The notes beneath the pieces were generated by a model that searched no databases, was not told where the DNA came from, and worked only from the letters and a program-made list of their open reading frames with translations. From Waterburya sp. (GTDB taxonomy: Bacteria; Cyanobacteriota; Cyanobacteriia; Cyanobacteriales; Xenococcaceae), in contig CBDCJV010000002.1 in NCBI GenBank assembly GCA_965217895.1, positions 1,984,001-2,048,000 on the forward strand: 64,000 nucleotides of DNA. Reading direction: 5' to 3'. The position numbers and the translations under genes are program-made. Positions 39,401 through 49,280 of this stretch are shown here, in pieces (position 1 is the stretch's first letter; each line of letters begins with the position of its first letter).

Positions 39401-40612
39401 TGTAGTAACAACTGAATTAGTAGTTTGATATTTCTCTTGTAAGCGAGTATAAATCTCGATAAACCTTTGGTTGCGGGTGTTTTCGCTAAATTTGACCAGA
39501 GCGCGATCGCGTCCCATATTGCCCATTTTGGCTGCTAATTGGCGGTCAGACAACAACGCAATTAAGTTTGCCGTCCAAGATTCTATATCTTCAGGGGATG
39601 GCACCAAAAAACCCGTTTCGCCATCAACAACAATTTCTGGTTGCGCGCCCACAGCCGAGGCAATTACCGCCGTTCCGCGCATCATCGCTTCAGTGGTAAC
39701 GTTGCCAAAAGGTTCTGCCCATTGAGAAGGAACTACCTGCACCCAAGCACCTGTAAGATGTTGTTCCATTTCCTCTTGTGGTAAATAGCCTAACCAAGTT
39801 ACAGCATGGGCAATGCCTAAATCTTGGCTCAAAGTTTGTAGATTGTTTTTCTCTGCACCATCACCAGCAATTAATAGTTTGGATTGAGGTACTTGTACTA
39901 AAGTTTTGGCAAAGGCTTTAAGTAGAATATCTACGCCCTTTTCTGGGACTAAGCGACCTGCATATACTATTGTAGGTATCTGACTTAAAGGCAATTGTTC
40001 TTCTCGAACTGGTACGCCGTTATAAACTACTTCAACAGGTTTAATTTCCGCTTCTTCTAGTTTTGTTTTCATACCCTGACTCAAAGCAACTACCAGATCA
40101 AAAGCATCTTGCCAGTATGACCAAAGTTTATGCTGTACCATTAATACTGCCCAAGATTGGGGAGTAAGACAGCCATTGCTCAGACAAACTGTTCCAGGTT
40201 GACTATGACAATCACTACCATCGGGTAATACTTTTGTTCCTGCGGGGCAAATTGCTTTATAGACTGCGGTTTGATAAATACAGGGGATATCTTTAAGCAA
40301 TGTCAAAATGGCTGGTGACATTTGCCACATAAACATTCTGACGTGAACCACATCAGGTTGAAATTCCCGTAGAATTTGGCGTAGTTTAAAATAAGCACTG
40401 GGGTTAATAGTCTGGGATAATACTTGCAATAAAGTATTTGTGCCAAAACAGCTATAGTCAGCTAGTAACTCGCTGTCCTTGACTGGCGTTGCCAAGCTAG
40501 AAAACAACCTGACATCGTGACCCAAATCCCGCAAACCTTGGCGTAAAGAAAGCATTTGTAATTCTGCTCCTCCCGTTGCCGTGCCGATATCGTGAATCAT
40601 CAGAATTTTCAT
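39362..40612 (-). CDS. Glycosyltransferase family 4
   Basis: GGAE, AGRLVPEKG and EPFGNVTTEA (EX7E) motifs. Confidence 0.92.
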   Translation of the reverse strand: MKILMIHDIGTATGGAELQMLSLRQGLRDLGHDVRLFSSLATPVKDSELLADYSCFGTNTLLQVLSQTINPSAYFKLRQILREFQPDVVHVRMFMWQMSPAILTLLKDIPCIYQTAVYKAICPAGTKVLPDGSDCHSQPGTVCLSNGCLTPQSWAVLMVQHKLWSYWQDAFDLVVALSQGMKTKLEEAEIKPVEVVYNGVPVREEQLPLSQIPTIVYAGRLVPEKGVDILLKAFAKTLVQVPQSKLLIAGDGAEKNNLQTLSQDLGIAHAVTWLGYLPQEEMEQHLTGAWVQVVPSQWAEPFGNVTTEAMMRGTAVIASAVGAQPEIVVDGETGFLVPSPEDIESWTANLIALLSDRQLAAKMGNMGRDRALVKFSENTRNQRFIEIYTRLQEKYQTTNSVVTTRLGDWETRGLGD

Positions 40613-40615
40613 AGA

Positions 40616-41665
40616 TCAACGATGAACTAGTTCTCTAGTATCAGCTTGTTTGGCAGGAGAGCTTTTTTGTCTTTGCTGCGCTGCTTGTTCGTGGCCAGAT
40701 GTTAGATAGTGATTTAGGGTTTTTTCAACGGGTGCTAATAAACCAAACATCACTAGTTTTTTTAAGAAACGATTATTTATACCTAAAGTCAGTTTATTAA
40801 CCATAGGAGACAAGATCGTATCTCTGCGTCGCCAACCTAATGCTTTGTGCTTTTGCTTAAAGTAGCTGTCCTCTGCCAAATCCCATTTTTGGCGCATCCG
40901 AATCAGGCTTTTGGTTTCCCAGTCATCGCTCCAGCGAAGCATATAATAGTGTAAGTCGCTCCACTGTAAAGGAACTGCGGGAACATAGGTAACTAAACTA
41001 TCTGGCTCAAAATAAACTTTATAACCTGCTTGCATTACGCCCAGGCAAAAATCAATATGTTCTTTGGTATTAAGCATTTCTTCATCAAAATAGCCCAATT
41101 CCTCAAAGATGCTGGTGCGGACAAGCATACAGTGAAATTCACATAGTTCGGTTTCGCTGCGCTGCATTTGCGATCGCATTTTTCCCGTTGCCTGACCCTG
41201 TTTATACATTTTTTCCCGCATCCGTCTTCTGCCTTTGGCATCAACCACAATACGAGATTCCCCCCCAGCGCAATGAATTTCTTCATGGATTGGTTCGTAT
41301 TGACACATCAAAGGTCCAACAACCACCGCATCAGTTGTTTCGGCGCAGTCTACCAAGGTTTTAAGCCAGCCTGGCTGCACGACTATATCATTATCGGCAA
41401 AGACAACATATTTAGTGTCAACCTTGGCTAAACCTAAATTACGAGCCTGATTAGGATACAGGTAATAATTGGTTCTAATTAGCTCAAACTCTTTTTGTTG
41501 GGCTTGAGTTTCTAGATATTCTTTAATCGGTTTGGGAGAATTACCGTCTACATATACAAGCTTGAAAGGTAATTCTGTATTTTGATAAATACTTTCTAAT
41601 GATTCACGAGTATAGCTAAAGCGTTCGCGAGGAACGACAACTATTGTAACTATAGGATTAGTCAT
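40616..41665 (-). CDS. Glycosyltransferase family 2
   Basis: VTIVVVPRER, VDGNS, ARN, FADND and EHIDFC motifs. Confidence 0.85.
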   Translation of the reverse strand: MTNPIVTIVVVPRERFSYTRESLESIYQNTELPFKLVYVDGNSPKPIKEYLETQAQQKEFELIRTNYYLYPNQARNLGLAKVDTKYVVFADNDIVVQPGWLKTLVDCAETTDAVVVGPLMCQYEPIHEEIHCAGGESRIVVDAKGRRRMREKMYKQGQATGKMRSQMQRSETELCEFHCMLVRTSIFEELGYFDEEMLNTKEHIDFCLGVMQAGYKVYFEPDSLVTYVPAVPLQWSDLHYYMLRWSDDWETKSLIRMRQKWDLAEDSYFKQKHKALGWRRRDTILSPMVNKLTLGINNRFLKKLVMFGLLAPVEKTLNHYLTSGHEQAAQQRQKSSPAKQADTRELVHR

Positions 41666-41723
41666 AAACTTTATCTTTGTTTGGGATAAACTAGCTAAAT
41701 TTAATCAGGCTAACAGCTAACGA

Positions 41724-43217
41724 CTAATAGCTAATAACCCTATTGTTTTCAAGCGTAAACTTTGAATCAGTGACGTTTGTTTCGTTTTTTAGATTAGAGT
41801 AAGCTTCTTTGCTATTGGTAAAATCTTCGTGATAAGAACGCTCAACATTAACATTCCAGAGATCGTGTTTTTCACCCAGAATATTTTTCGCTGCTAATAA
41901 ACCAGTTAACATTGAATGGTCGCTGTTATTATAACGGTGCATACCATTGCGACCTATCGTTTGTAGGTTCTCAAATTTCTGAATGTATTCCTGGATGATT
42001 TTCACATTCTGACGATATTCATCATCATAGACAGGATAGGCTTTAAACTGACGTATTACCGTACCGTCTTCAATATTAACTTCTGGATCTACTAGACCTA
42101 GAGCTTTAACTTCACGGCTGGCTAATTCCACTAATTGCTCGTTGCACATTTGCCATAGCTCGTCACCCTCGTTACAAAAGTATTCCATTCCTAAACAGGT
42201 TTTACTTTGATCGCGAACCATTGCTTTACTCCAGTTTTTGAAGTTTTGGATTCTGCCTACCTTAAATTCTGGACTATGGATATAAATCCAGTTATCAGGA
42301 AATAGTTCAGCTTTGTCTACTACTAAAGAAACTATTAGGAAATCTCGATATTTAAGACTGTTAGCAGCTTTTAGCACTGCTTCTGGAGGTGCAGGATTGA
42401 GTTTTTTTAGTAATAAAGATACAGGCATACTAGAAACAAAGTTTTCTCCCACAACCTTGCTAGTTGAACCATTTTGTTTAATGGTAACGCTATTGACTCG
42501 GTAACCATCCCGTTCTATTTTAACCACCTCAGTATTAAGATGTACGGGTGAACCTTTACTATTTAACTTTTCTTGAAAACGCTCCCACATTTGCCCAGGA
42601 CCATATACGGGATAGTTAAATTCTTTAATTAAAGTTTTAGTATCATTACTGCCAAACAAGGCGTTAGTTATGGCTTTTTTAAGGGACAAGCCTTTAATGC
42701 GTTGTGCTGCCCAATCTGCTCTAATTTCTGTACAGGGTATACCCCAAACCTTTTCTGTATAAGTTTTAAAAAAAGTTTTAAATAAGCGTTTGCCAAAGCG
42801 ATTAGAAACCCACTGCTCAAAATTATCCTCTACGGGATTGGGTTTGATTTTGGCTTTAAAATAGCTCCACATAATTAGGGTGCTATTGATTAGACCTAAA
42901 TTAGATAAGGCATTGTAAGGTTCTAAAGGGTAATTGAAGAACTTGCTCTTATAATAGATTCTGGACAGGCGAGGAACTTTAATAAATTCATCCCCCATAA
43001 CTTCTTGCCAAAGCTGTTCTACTTCTCCAACTTTAGTAAAAAATCGATGCCCACCAATGTCGAAGCGGTAGCCTTTATAAGTTTCTGTGCGGGATATGCC
43101 ACCAACGCGATCTGCTTTTTCAAACACAACTGATTTCTTGCCGTGCTTACTTAGTTCATAAGCAGCAGTTAGACCAGCAGGACCACCACCAATAACAACT
43201 GTCGGGATTTGATTCAT
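41724..43217 (-). CDS. FAD-dependent oxidoreductase (UDP-galactopyranose mutase / protoporphyrinogen oxidase-like superfamily)
   Basis: GGGPAGL, FDIGGHRFFTK, YTEKVWG and GRNGMHRYNN motifs; lies in the polysaccharide cluster. Confidence 0.85.
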   Translation of the reverse strand: MNQIPTVVIGGGPAGLTAAYELSKHGKKSVVFEKADRVGGISRTETYKGYRFDIGGHRFFTKVGEVEQLWQEVMGDEFIKVPRLSRIYYKSKFFNYPLEPYNALSNLGLINSTLIMWSYFKAKIKPNPVEDNFEQWVSNRFGKRLFKTFFKTYTEKVWGIPCTEIRADWAAQRIKGLSLKKAITNALFGSNDTKTLIKEFNYPVYGPGQMWERFQEKLNSKGSPVHLNTEVVKIERDGYRVNSVTIKQNGSTSKVVGENFVSSMPVSLLLKKLNPAPPEAVLKAANSLKYRDFLIVSLVVDKAELFPDNWIYIHSPEFKVGRIQNFKNWSKAMVRDQSKTCLGMEYFCNEGDELWQMCNEQLVELASREVKALGLVDPEVNIEDGTVIRQFKAYPVYDDEYRQNVKIIQEYIQKFENLQTIGRNGMHRYNNSDHSMLTGLLAAKNILGEKHDLWNVNVERSYHEDFTNSKEAYSNLKNETNVTDSKFTLENNRVISY

Positions 43218-43687
43218 AATGATTACCTGCAAATAATTTTGGATCGTTATATGTTTAACCTGTCTTTAAGGCAATCATTGATTTGGCAAGAAAACTTTCA
43301 AAGCAAATATGATGATTGGCAATTTGAACAAATATTTATTGCAGTTGAACATTAGTATTTTTGTTCAAATTCACTACACAATATAGGTATTTTGTAAATG
43401 TTTTTAGTGTTGCCATGATGATAGTGTTAGCAATATTACCATGCAATTAAGTATTTTTACTCTTAACGGTAATTATAAGTTCAAAAAAAATCTTATGTAA
43501 GATACGCTGTGCAAACTTCATATAATTTTTACATGAAAAGTCGCTTTAGCCTGTACAAAATAAAGTTGGCGTGAAACAAAATATCTTGAATGCAATTTAA
43601 GTTTTTAAGTTAGTGTTATTTTAATTGAAACTAAAGTTAAAGATGCGATCGCCTTCTATGAATAAAGATTTGCATATCTAAGCAAAT

Positions 43688-44974
43688 ATGAAGACGGCGC
43701 AAAAAGTAACCGTAATAGCATTACTGTGGTTAATGTTCGTTAATCCTGGCAGCATAACTAATCTTGATACTGAGCGCAGATTAAATATGTCTCATGCCTG
43801 GTGGACTGGAACTGAAGAAAGTTTTCCAGGAAACAAGGTAGTGATTAACATTAATGGCAAAAATTATATTCCCTATGACTTGGGGCAGTCAATGCTTATG
43901 CTTCCAGGGGATTGGCTGGGAGATAAACTTGGTCAAAATCTTGACAACGAAAAAGAACGTCAATATTTTAGGGAAGCAGTTGTCAGCTTCTTAATTTTCT
44001 TACCAATAAATTTGCTAGCTGTACTAACTTGCTTTAAATTTTTACAGCTTATTGGTTATTCAGAAAGAATTGCTGGACTATCCAGTATTGTTTGGCTTCT
44101 AGGAACTAGCGTCTTATTCTACTCTAGTTTTCATCAGCAAAATAATCAAATACTGCTGTTTGTCTTAATTGGTTATCAAGCTGCTTTAGCTTATATTATC
44201 AAAAATAAGAAATTTCTGGCGATATTGAGCGGAGCGAGCTTAGGAATTGCTTTTCTAATCAGAATTACTAGTATTTTATACGCAGTCAGCGTTCTAATAT
44301 TTTTGATAGGATGCGTCTTTAGTAAACGTAATAAAAATTTGATGCACCATTACGTCCATCAGCAAGGTAGCGAAGATGCTTCGACTTTTTGGTCTGGTTT
44401 TGGTGTCATTAAGCGCGAACTATTTTTAAAATTGGATGGCTTTGATATCAAACGTTATCTCCGTCCTAGTATTGAAGATATCGATCTAGGTTATCGGCTA
44501 AAACAAACTGGTGCAAAAATTTATTTGGCTAAGGAATTACAGGTAAAGCATCATAAAGCCTGGAAGCTATTTGGTTTAATTAAAACAGATGTATTTGATC
44601 GGGGTATTCCCTGGACAATATTGCTTCTTAGCAACAAATCAAATCGGATTAATGATTTAAACCTGCAAACCAATAGTCGTATTAGCGCAATTGCCACCTA
44701 TAGTTTGCTTCTTTGTCTCTTAGCTAGTATTTTCTATGCTGCTGCAATTGTTCCCAGTCTCATATTAACTATGTTGCTTTTAATTCTGAACTGGGATATA
44801 TACCTGTTTTTTTATCAAAAACGTGGTTTTTGGTTTGCTTTGAGAGTAATTCCCTTGCATTGGCTATATTACTTTTATGCAGCATTATCTTTCGTCATCG
44901 GCACTTTAGCATATTGGAAAACTAATTTGTTGAGCAAAGACACAATTTCTGTCGAATTTCCAGCTTCATCTTAA
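43688..44974 (+). CDS. Chimeric glycosyltransferase: GT-C-like membrane N-half fused to a GT2 C-half
   Basis: YDLGQSMLMLP and multi-TM N-half, then an abrupt switch near 44335 to KNLMHHYVHQ...TFW.G.G...GFD...PSIEDIDLGYRL. Confidence 0.7.
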   Translation: MKTAQKVTVIALLWLMFVNPGSITNLDTERRLNMSHAWWTGTEESFPGNKVVININGKNYIPYDLGQSMLMLPGDWLGDKLGQNLDNEKERQYFREAVVSFLIFLPINLLAVLTCFKFLQLIGYSERIAGLSSIVWLLGTSVLFYSSFHQQNNQILLFVLIGYQAALAYIIKNKKFLAILSGASLGIAFLIRITSILYAVSVLIFLIGCVFSKRNKNLMHHYVHQQGSEDASTFWSGFGVIKRELFLKLDGFDIKRYLRPSIEDIDLGYRLKQTGAKIYLAKELQVKHHKAWKLFGLIKTDVFDRGIPWTILLLSNKSNRINDLNLQTNSRISAIATYSLLLCLLASIFYAAAIVPSLILTMLLLILNWDIYLFFYQKRGFWFALRVIPLHWLYYFYAALSFVIGTLAYWKTNLLSKDTISVEFPASS

Positions 44975-44992
44975 TAAGATATTACTTAACGT

Positions 44993-46342
44993 TTATTGCA
45001 AAACTTGGGTCAATGTCTCGACAAAGTTAGGATAAGAAATTGAAGCTGCTTCGGCACGGTGAATAGTCGTTTTTCCTTTGGCATTTAAAGCTGCGATCGC
45101 TAAACTCATGGCGATCCGATGATCCGTAAAGCTATCAACTTGTGCGCCTTTAAGTTGCTTCCCGCCAGTAATTTCTAAGCCATCACTTAATTCGCTAATA
45201 TTTGCCCCCATTTTGCCTAATTCTGTTGCCATGGCTGCCAGGCGATCGCTTTCTTTGACTCTTAATTCTGCTGCATCCTTAATCACCGTTGTTCCTTCGG
45301 CAAAAGCAGCAGCAACCGCTAGGATGGGTATTTCATCAATTAGACGGGGAATGATATCTCCTGATATTTCACAGGCTTTTAGCTGACTGTATTTAACTCG
45401 CAAGTCTGCCACAGGTTCACCTGCTACAGTTCGCTCATTCTCACGCCCGATGTCTGCTTCCATCATCGCTAAAGCTTCTAATACCCCCGTGCGGGTAGGA
45501 TTTACCCCGACATTGGTAATCAGCAAATCTGAACCAGGAACAATTGCCCCAGCCACTAGCCAAAAAGCAGCCGAACTTATATCTCCAGGGACAACAACCT
45601 GTTGTCCTTTTAGTTCTGGTTGTCCTGTTAAAGTAACGCTATGGGTATCAGCATCAATAGCTAAAGTTGCGCCAAAAGCTTGCAACATTCTTTCACTATG
45701 ATCGCGGGATAAGGCAGGTTCGGTTACGGTAGTTTTGCCCTCTACCATTAAGCCTGCCAATAACACACAGGATTTAACCTGTGCCGAGGCAATGGGAGAA
45801 TAATAGTGTGTTGGTTTTAGCTGTTGTCCTTTTACCGCTAAGGGCGCGAGAGAATTGCCTTTTCTGCCCCAAATTCTTGCTCCCATTTGCTCTAGTGGCT
45901 CGATCACCCGCGACATGGGACGCGATCGCAATGAGTTGTCCCCTGTTACTGTAAATAAACGATCTGGGACAGAAGCTAACAACCCTAACATCAAGCGCAT
46001 AGTAGTCCCTGAGTTGCCAGCATCTAAGATGTCTGGAGGCTCTTGGAGATTGCCTAAACCGACTCCTCGCACTACTACTCTTTGGGAATTTAATTCGGAG
46101 ATCTCTGCCCCCATTGCCTGAAAACAGGCTGCTGTGCTGCGAGGATCTTCTCCCAACAGTAAACCTTCAATTACTGTTTCTCCCTTGGCGATCGCTCCTA
46201 GCATCAAGGCACGATGAGAAATAGACTTATCCCCAGGAATAGTAATATTACCTTTGACTGCAATTCCCGTACTACAAGGGTTGATCGATAACGTTTGAGA
46301 ATTTAACACGCTGTTTTGAATGCTTACAAAAGGAGAAGCCAT
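44993..46342 (-). CDS. aroA: 3-phosphoshikimate 1-carboxyvinyltransferase (EPSP synthase)
   Basis: [34 protein letters not shown] and DHRIAM motifs. Confidence 0.97.
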   Translation of the reverse strand: MASPFVSIQNSVLNSQTLSINPCSTGIAVKGNITIPGDKSISHRALMLGAIAKGETVIEGLLLGEDPRSTAACFQAMGAEISELNSQRVVVRGVGLGNLQEPPDILDAGNSGTTMRLMLGLLASVPDRLFTVTGDNSLRSRPMSRVIEPLEQMGARIWGRKGNSLAPLAVKGQQLKPTHYYSPIASAQVKSCVLLAGLMVEGKTTVTEPALSRDHSERMLQAFGATLAIDADTHSVTLTGQPELKGQQVVVPGDISSAAFWLVAGAIVPGSDLLITNVGVNPTRTGVLEALAMMEADIGRENERTVAGEPVADLRVKYSQLKACEISGDIIPRLIDEIPILAVAAAFAEGTTVIKDAAELRVKESDRLAAMATELGKMGANISELSDGLEITGGKQLKGAQVDSFTDHRIAMSLAIAALNAKGKTTIHRAEAASISYPNFVETLTQVLQ

Positions 46343-46484
46343 AAGTAGGTAATAGGTAGTAGGTCAGAATAATTAACAGATTAGAACAAAATGGCGATCG
46401 CCCATTTAGTCTGTAGGTATTACCAATTGCTGATTATTTGCCAAGTTTAACGTTTTTTTACGGCTCTAACTGCCCTAACTGTTG

Positions 46485-47030
46485 TTAATGAACGACAATA
46501 ATATTTCTTTCAGGACGGCTTAAGAAACCTTCTTGTTCTAGCTGATTAATCAACTTAGTAACTGATACTCTAGTTGCACCAATAATTTCAGCCAAATCTT
46601 GGTGAGTTAGGCGCATATCGATTAGCTGCCCGATTTCAACTTCAGTTCCAAACTTCTGCGCTAGCCAAATCAGCATTTTGCATAACCGTTGATATATTTT
46701 TTCCGAATGCAGAATAGAAAGTAATTCTTCAGTTTGCTGGGTGTGTTTAACAATTAATTCCGTCATATTCTCCGCCTGCGCTACGGGAATGTTCATAGCT
46801 TCAACGTAAGTCAAACATTTCACTCTGCAAGGATAAACCAGAAGTAAAGGCTGACCTATTAAGTCATCTTTCCCCCAATATCCGAGGGTAATAGGGTTTT
46901 CTTCATCTGTATAAGCAATAGTTTTAACAATACCTTGTTGCAATAACCAAAAAGAATCTAGTTTTAGAGGAAGCAATTCACCAGCAACAAATGTTCGATG
47001 CTCTATCTTGGAATGGAAATTATCTTGCAT
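46485..47030 (-). CDS. Crp/Fnr family transcriptional regulator
   Basis: TLGYWG..D..G and RLTHQDLAEIIGATRVSVT HTH; start placed at ATG 47030 because the longer ORF runs into the IS. Confidence 0.88.
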   Translation of the reverse strand: MQDNFHSKIEHRTFVAGELLPLKLDSFWLLQQGIVKTIAYTDEENPITLGYWGKDDLIGQPLLLVYPCRVKCLTYVEAMNIPVAQAENMTELIVKHTQQTEELLSILHSEKIYQRLCKMLIWLAQKFGTEVEIGQLIDMRLTHQDLAEIIGATRVSVTKLINQLEQEGFLSRPERNIIVVH

Positions 47031-47055
47031 CAGGATCTTACTTCGAATGGATGTA

Positions 47056-47536
47056 TTGAAAATTAATATTACCAAATAACTGGGTTTGGTAGAGTCGAGG
47101 GAGGTTATTAAGCTTCGCCCCTCTGTGTTAGAGCTGGGCGGGTGATTTTCATTGCACCCAGCTCTCGATATTCTTAGCTTTCGCTTTTGCTCAAAGGAGT
47201 GCTACGAAACTTGCCGTTTTTCTGTACTTTAAAGTACTAGCCTAGCAAGTCAAATCCATCTGTCGTGGCGGTTAGCTTGGTTTTCTGCTCACTGACTTTC
47301 ATTCCTCTTGTCGCTAGAAATTCGCTAATTTTTTCAAGTTCAAAGCGTCCTCCAAACGTGAGTGATTTTTGACCATAGAATACCGCTTCGCATTTAAGGC
47401 ATATAAATTCAAACTCTACGAAAATAGGCGAAATAGATACTTGAAACGAAGTATTAATGCTTCGGCTTGTTCCACTCTCGTCGCGATTCCAGAATCCTAA
47501 GCGCGAAGCATTGCTTTAGCAAGAGGAGTACGTCAA
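47056..47536 (+). mobile_element. Non-autonomous IS200/IS605 (tnpB) remnant
   Basis: Left end TTGAA...; TnpB-like N-terminal KAYKFKLYENRRNRYLKRSINAS at 47396-47464; right end GAATCCT...TTGCT-TT-AGCAA-GAGGAGTACGTCAA. Confidence 0.7.
47089..47393 (-). mobile_element. Internally deleted group II intron (RT fragment plus domains V-VI)
   Basis: 5' ATGCG (GTGCG-like); RT remnant EKISEFLATRGMKVSEQKTKLTATTDGFDLLG*YFKVQKNGKF; DV AGAGCTGGGTGCAATGAAAATCACCCGCCCAGCTCT; 3' end ...GACTCTAC. Confidence 0.8.
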
Positions 47537-47631
47537 ATGAGCCGGTGAGGTTTAACTACAGTCGCAAGAAATTGCGATATTTTCTGAGAAAATTTATGAT
47601 GGTTATTTAATCTAAGACTGGATAAAAAGCC

Positions 47632-47796
47632 ATGCTGAAGGTATTCTTTATTTCTCTAATGGGTTTTCTTAGCCTATATATATTAAGAGGATTGGGCTTT
47701 CTTACCTTTATTTCGGGAGGAGTGATTATAATCTTGTTACTGATGGCGATTATATCTGGCTTGATATGGGGTATTGCCAAGACCAGAAGGTATTAG
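47632..47796 (+). CDS. Small (54 aa) cyanobacterial membrane protein
   Basis: Below the ORF-track cutoff: MLKVFFISLMGFLSLYILRGLGFLTFISGGVIIILLLMAIISGLIWGIAKTRRY. Confidence 0.65.
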   Translation: MLKVFFISLMGFLSLYILRGLGFLTFISGGVIIILLLMAIISGLIWGIAKTRRY

Positions 47797-47845
47797 ATTT
47801 CCTGCATCAATCAAATGTCTTGGTTAGAAGTGAAATAAAAAGTAA

Positions 47846-49099
47846 ATGTGTCAGGCAGAGAGGGTAATTGTTATTGGTGGTGGTGCAGCGGGTTTTTTTG
47901 GTGCGATCGCCTGTGCAGAAGTCAATCCCCAACTCAAAGTAACTTTAATTGAAGCTGGACAAAAACCTTTGGCTAAAGTTCGCATATCTGGTGGTGGCAG
48001 ATGTAATGTAACCCATCACTGTTTCGATCCTGCACGTTTGATTGAACATTACCCTAGAGGCGGAAAAGCTTTACGGGGTGCATTTACCCGTTTTCAACCC
48101 CAGGATACGGTGCAGTGGTATGAGTCACGCGGGGTAAAGTTAAAAACTGAAGCTGACGGCAGAATGTTTCCTGTTACTGATGATTCCCAAACAATTATTA
48201 ATTGCCTAATGAAAGCAGCAGATAAGGCAGGTGTGAAATTGTTAACTGGGACTGGGGTAAAGACAGTTAAGCAATTTTATGACGAAGAAAATAAAAGTTA
48301 TTTTCAGGTTGAATTAAAAAACGGTAAAATTTTCGAGGGCGATCGCCTGTTAATCGCTACAGGTAGTAATCCTTTAGGATATCGCTGGGCAAAAAACTTA
48401 GGACACAAAATTGAGCCAGCAGTTCCATCATTATTTACTTTAAATGTCAAAGATCTTCGTTTACAAAGTTTAGCGGGAGTAAGCGTTGGTAATGCTCAAG
48501 TTAAGCTAGGTACGGGCAAGCATAAAATAGAACAAGCAGGGGCGTTATTAATTACCCATTGGGGCGTAAGTGGCCCTGCTATCCTGAAACTATCTGCTTG
48601 GAGTGCCAGATTTTTATACGATCTTAAATATGATTCTGGTTTACAAATTAATTGGCTACCTGAATATAACCAAGAGACTTTGAAGCAAAAGTTGATAACA
48701 GTAAAAGAAACTAATTCTAAGAGAAAGATAGTTAATTACTGTCCTGTAGAATTGCCCAAACGTCTTTGGCAAAGCTTTGTTAGCCATGTAGAAATTAAGC
48801 CAGACAAAATTTGGTCAGAGATCGCTAAAAAAGAATTAAATAAACTGGTGTTGGAGATAGTGCAAGGACAGTATGAGGTCAAGGGCAAAGGAGTATTCAA
48901 AGAAGAATTTGTTACCTGTGGCGGAGTAAGTCTTAAAGAAGTAAATTTTAAGACCATGGAAAGCAAAAAATGTCCTGGGCTTTATTTTGCAGGAGAAGTA
49001 TTAGATATAGACGGTGTAACAGGCGGGTTTAATTTTCAAAGTGCCTGGACGACTGCTTGGTTAGCAGGTCAAGCGATCGCTGCTGCGACCAATAATTAA
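47846..49099 (+). CDS. HI0933/BaiN-family flavoprotein oxidoreductase
   Basis: GGGAAG, KVRISGGGRCNVT, GRMFP, THWGVSGP and GEVLDIDGVTGGFNFQ motifs. Confidence 0.92.
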   Translation: MCQAERVIVIGGGAAGFFGAIACAEVNPQLKVTLIEAGQKPLAKVRISGGGRCNVTHHCFDPARLIEHYPRGGKALRGAFTRFQPQDTVQWYESRGVKLKTEADGRMFPVTDDSQTIINCLMKAADKAGVKLLTGTGVKTVKQFYDEENKSYFQVELKNGKIFEGDRLLIATGSNPLGYRWAKNLGHKIEPAVPSLFTLNVKDLRLQSLAGVSVGNAQVKLGTGKHKIEQAGALLITHWGVSGPAILKLSAWSARFLYDLKYDSGLQINWLPEYNQETLKQKLITVKETNSKRKIVNYCPVELPKRLWQSFVSHVEIKPDKIWSEIAKKELNKLVLEIVQGQYEVKGKGVFKEEFVTCGGVSLKEVNFKTMESKKCPGLYFAGEVLDIDGVTGGFNFQSAWTTAWLAGQAIAAATNN

Positions 49100-49148
49100 A
49101 TACGCTTTGTGTGAATTAGCTTCGTTCAAACTAACTTGTACGCAGCTC

Positions 49149-49186
49149 TTAGCTATTAGCTTTTAGCCTTTAGCCTTTAGCCTTTA
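49149..49186. repeat. Heptamer tandem repeat TTAGC(C/T)N (STRR-like)
   Basis: ttagcta ttagctt ttagcct ttagcct ttagcct. Confidence 0.75.
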
Positions 49187-49280
49187 GAATAGATACTAGG
49201 AAGATCGGGAAAATTATCTTTTCTTCTTGACCTATTGCCGTTAATCTAGATAAGGTAAAGTTACAGTCAGGACTAAAGTT

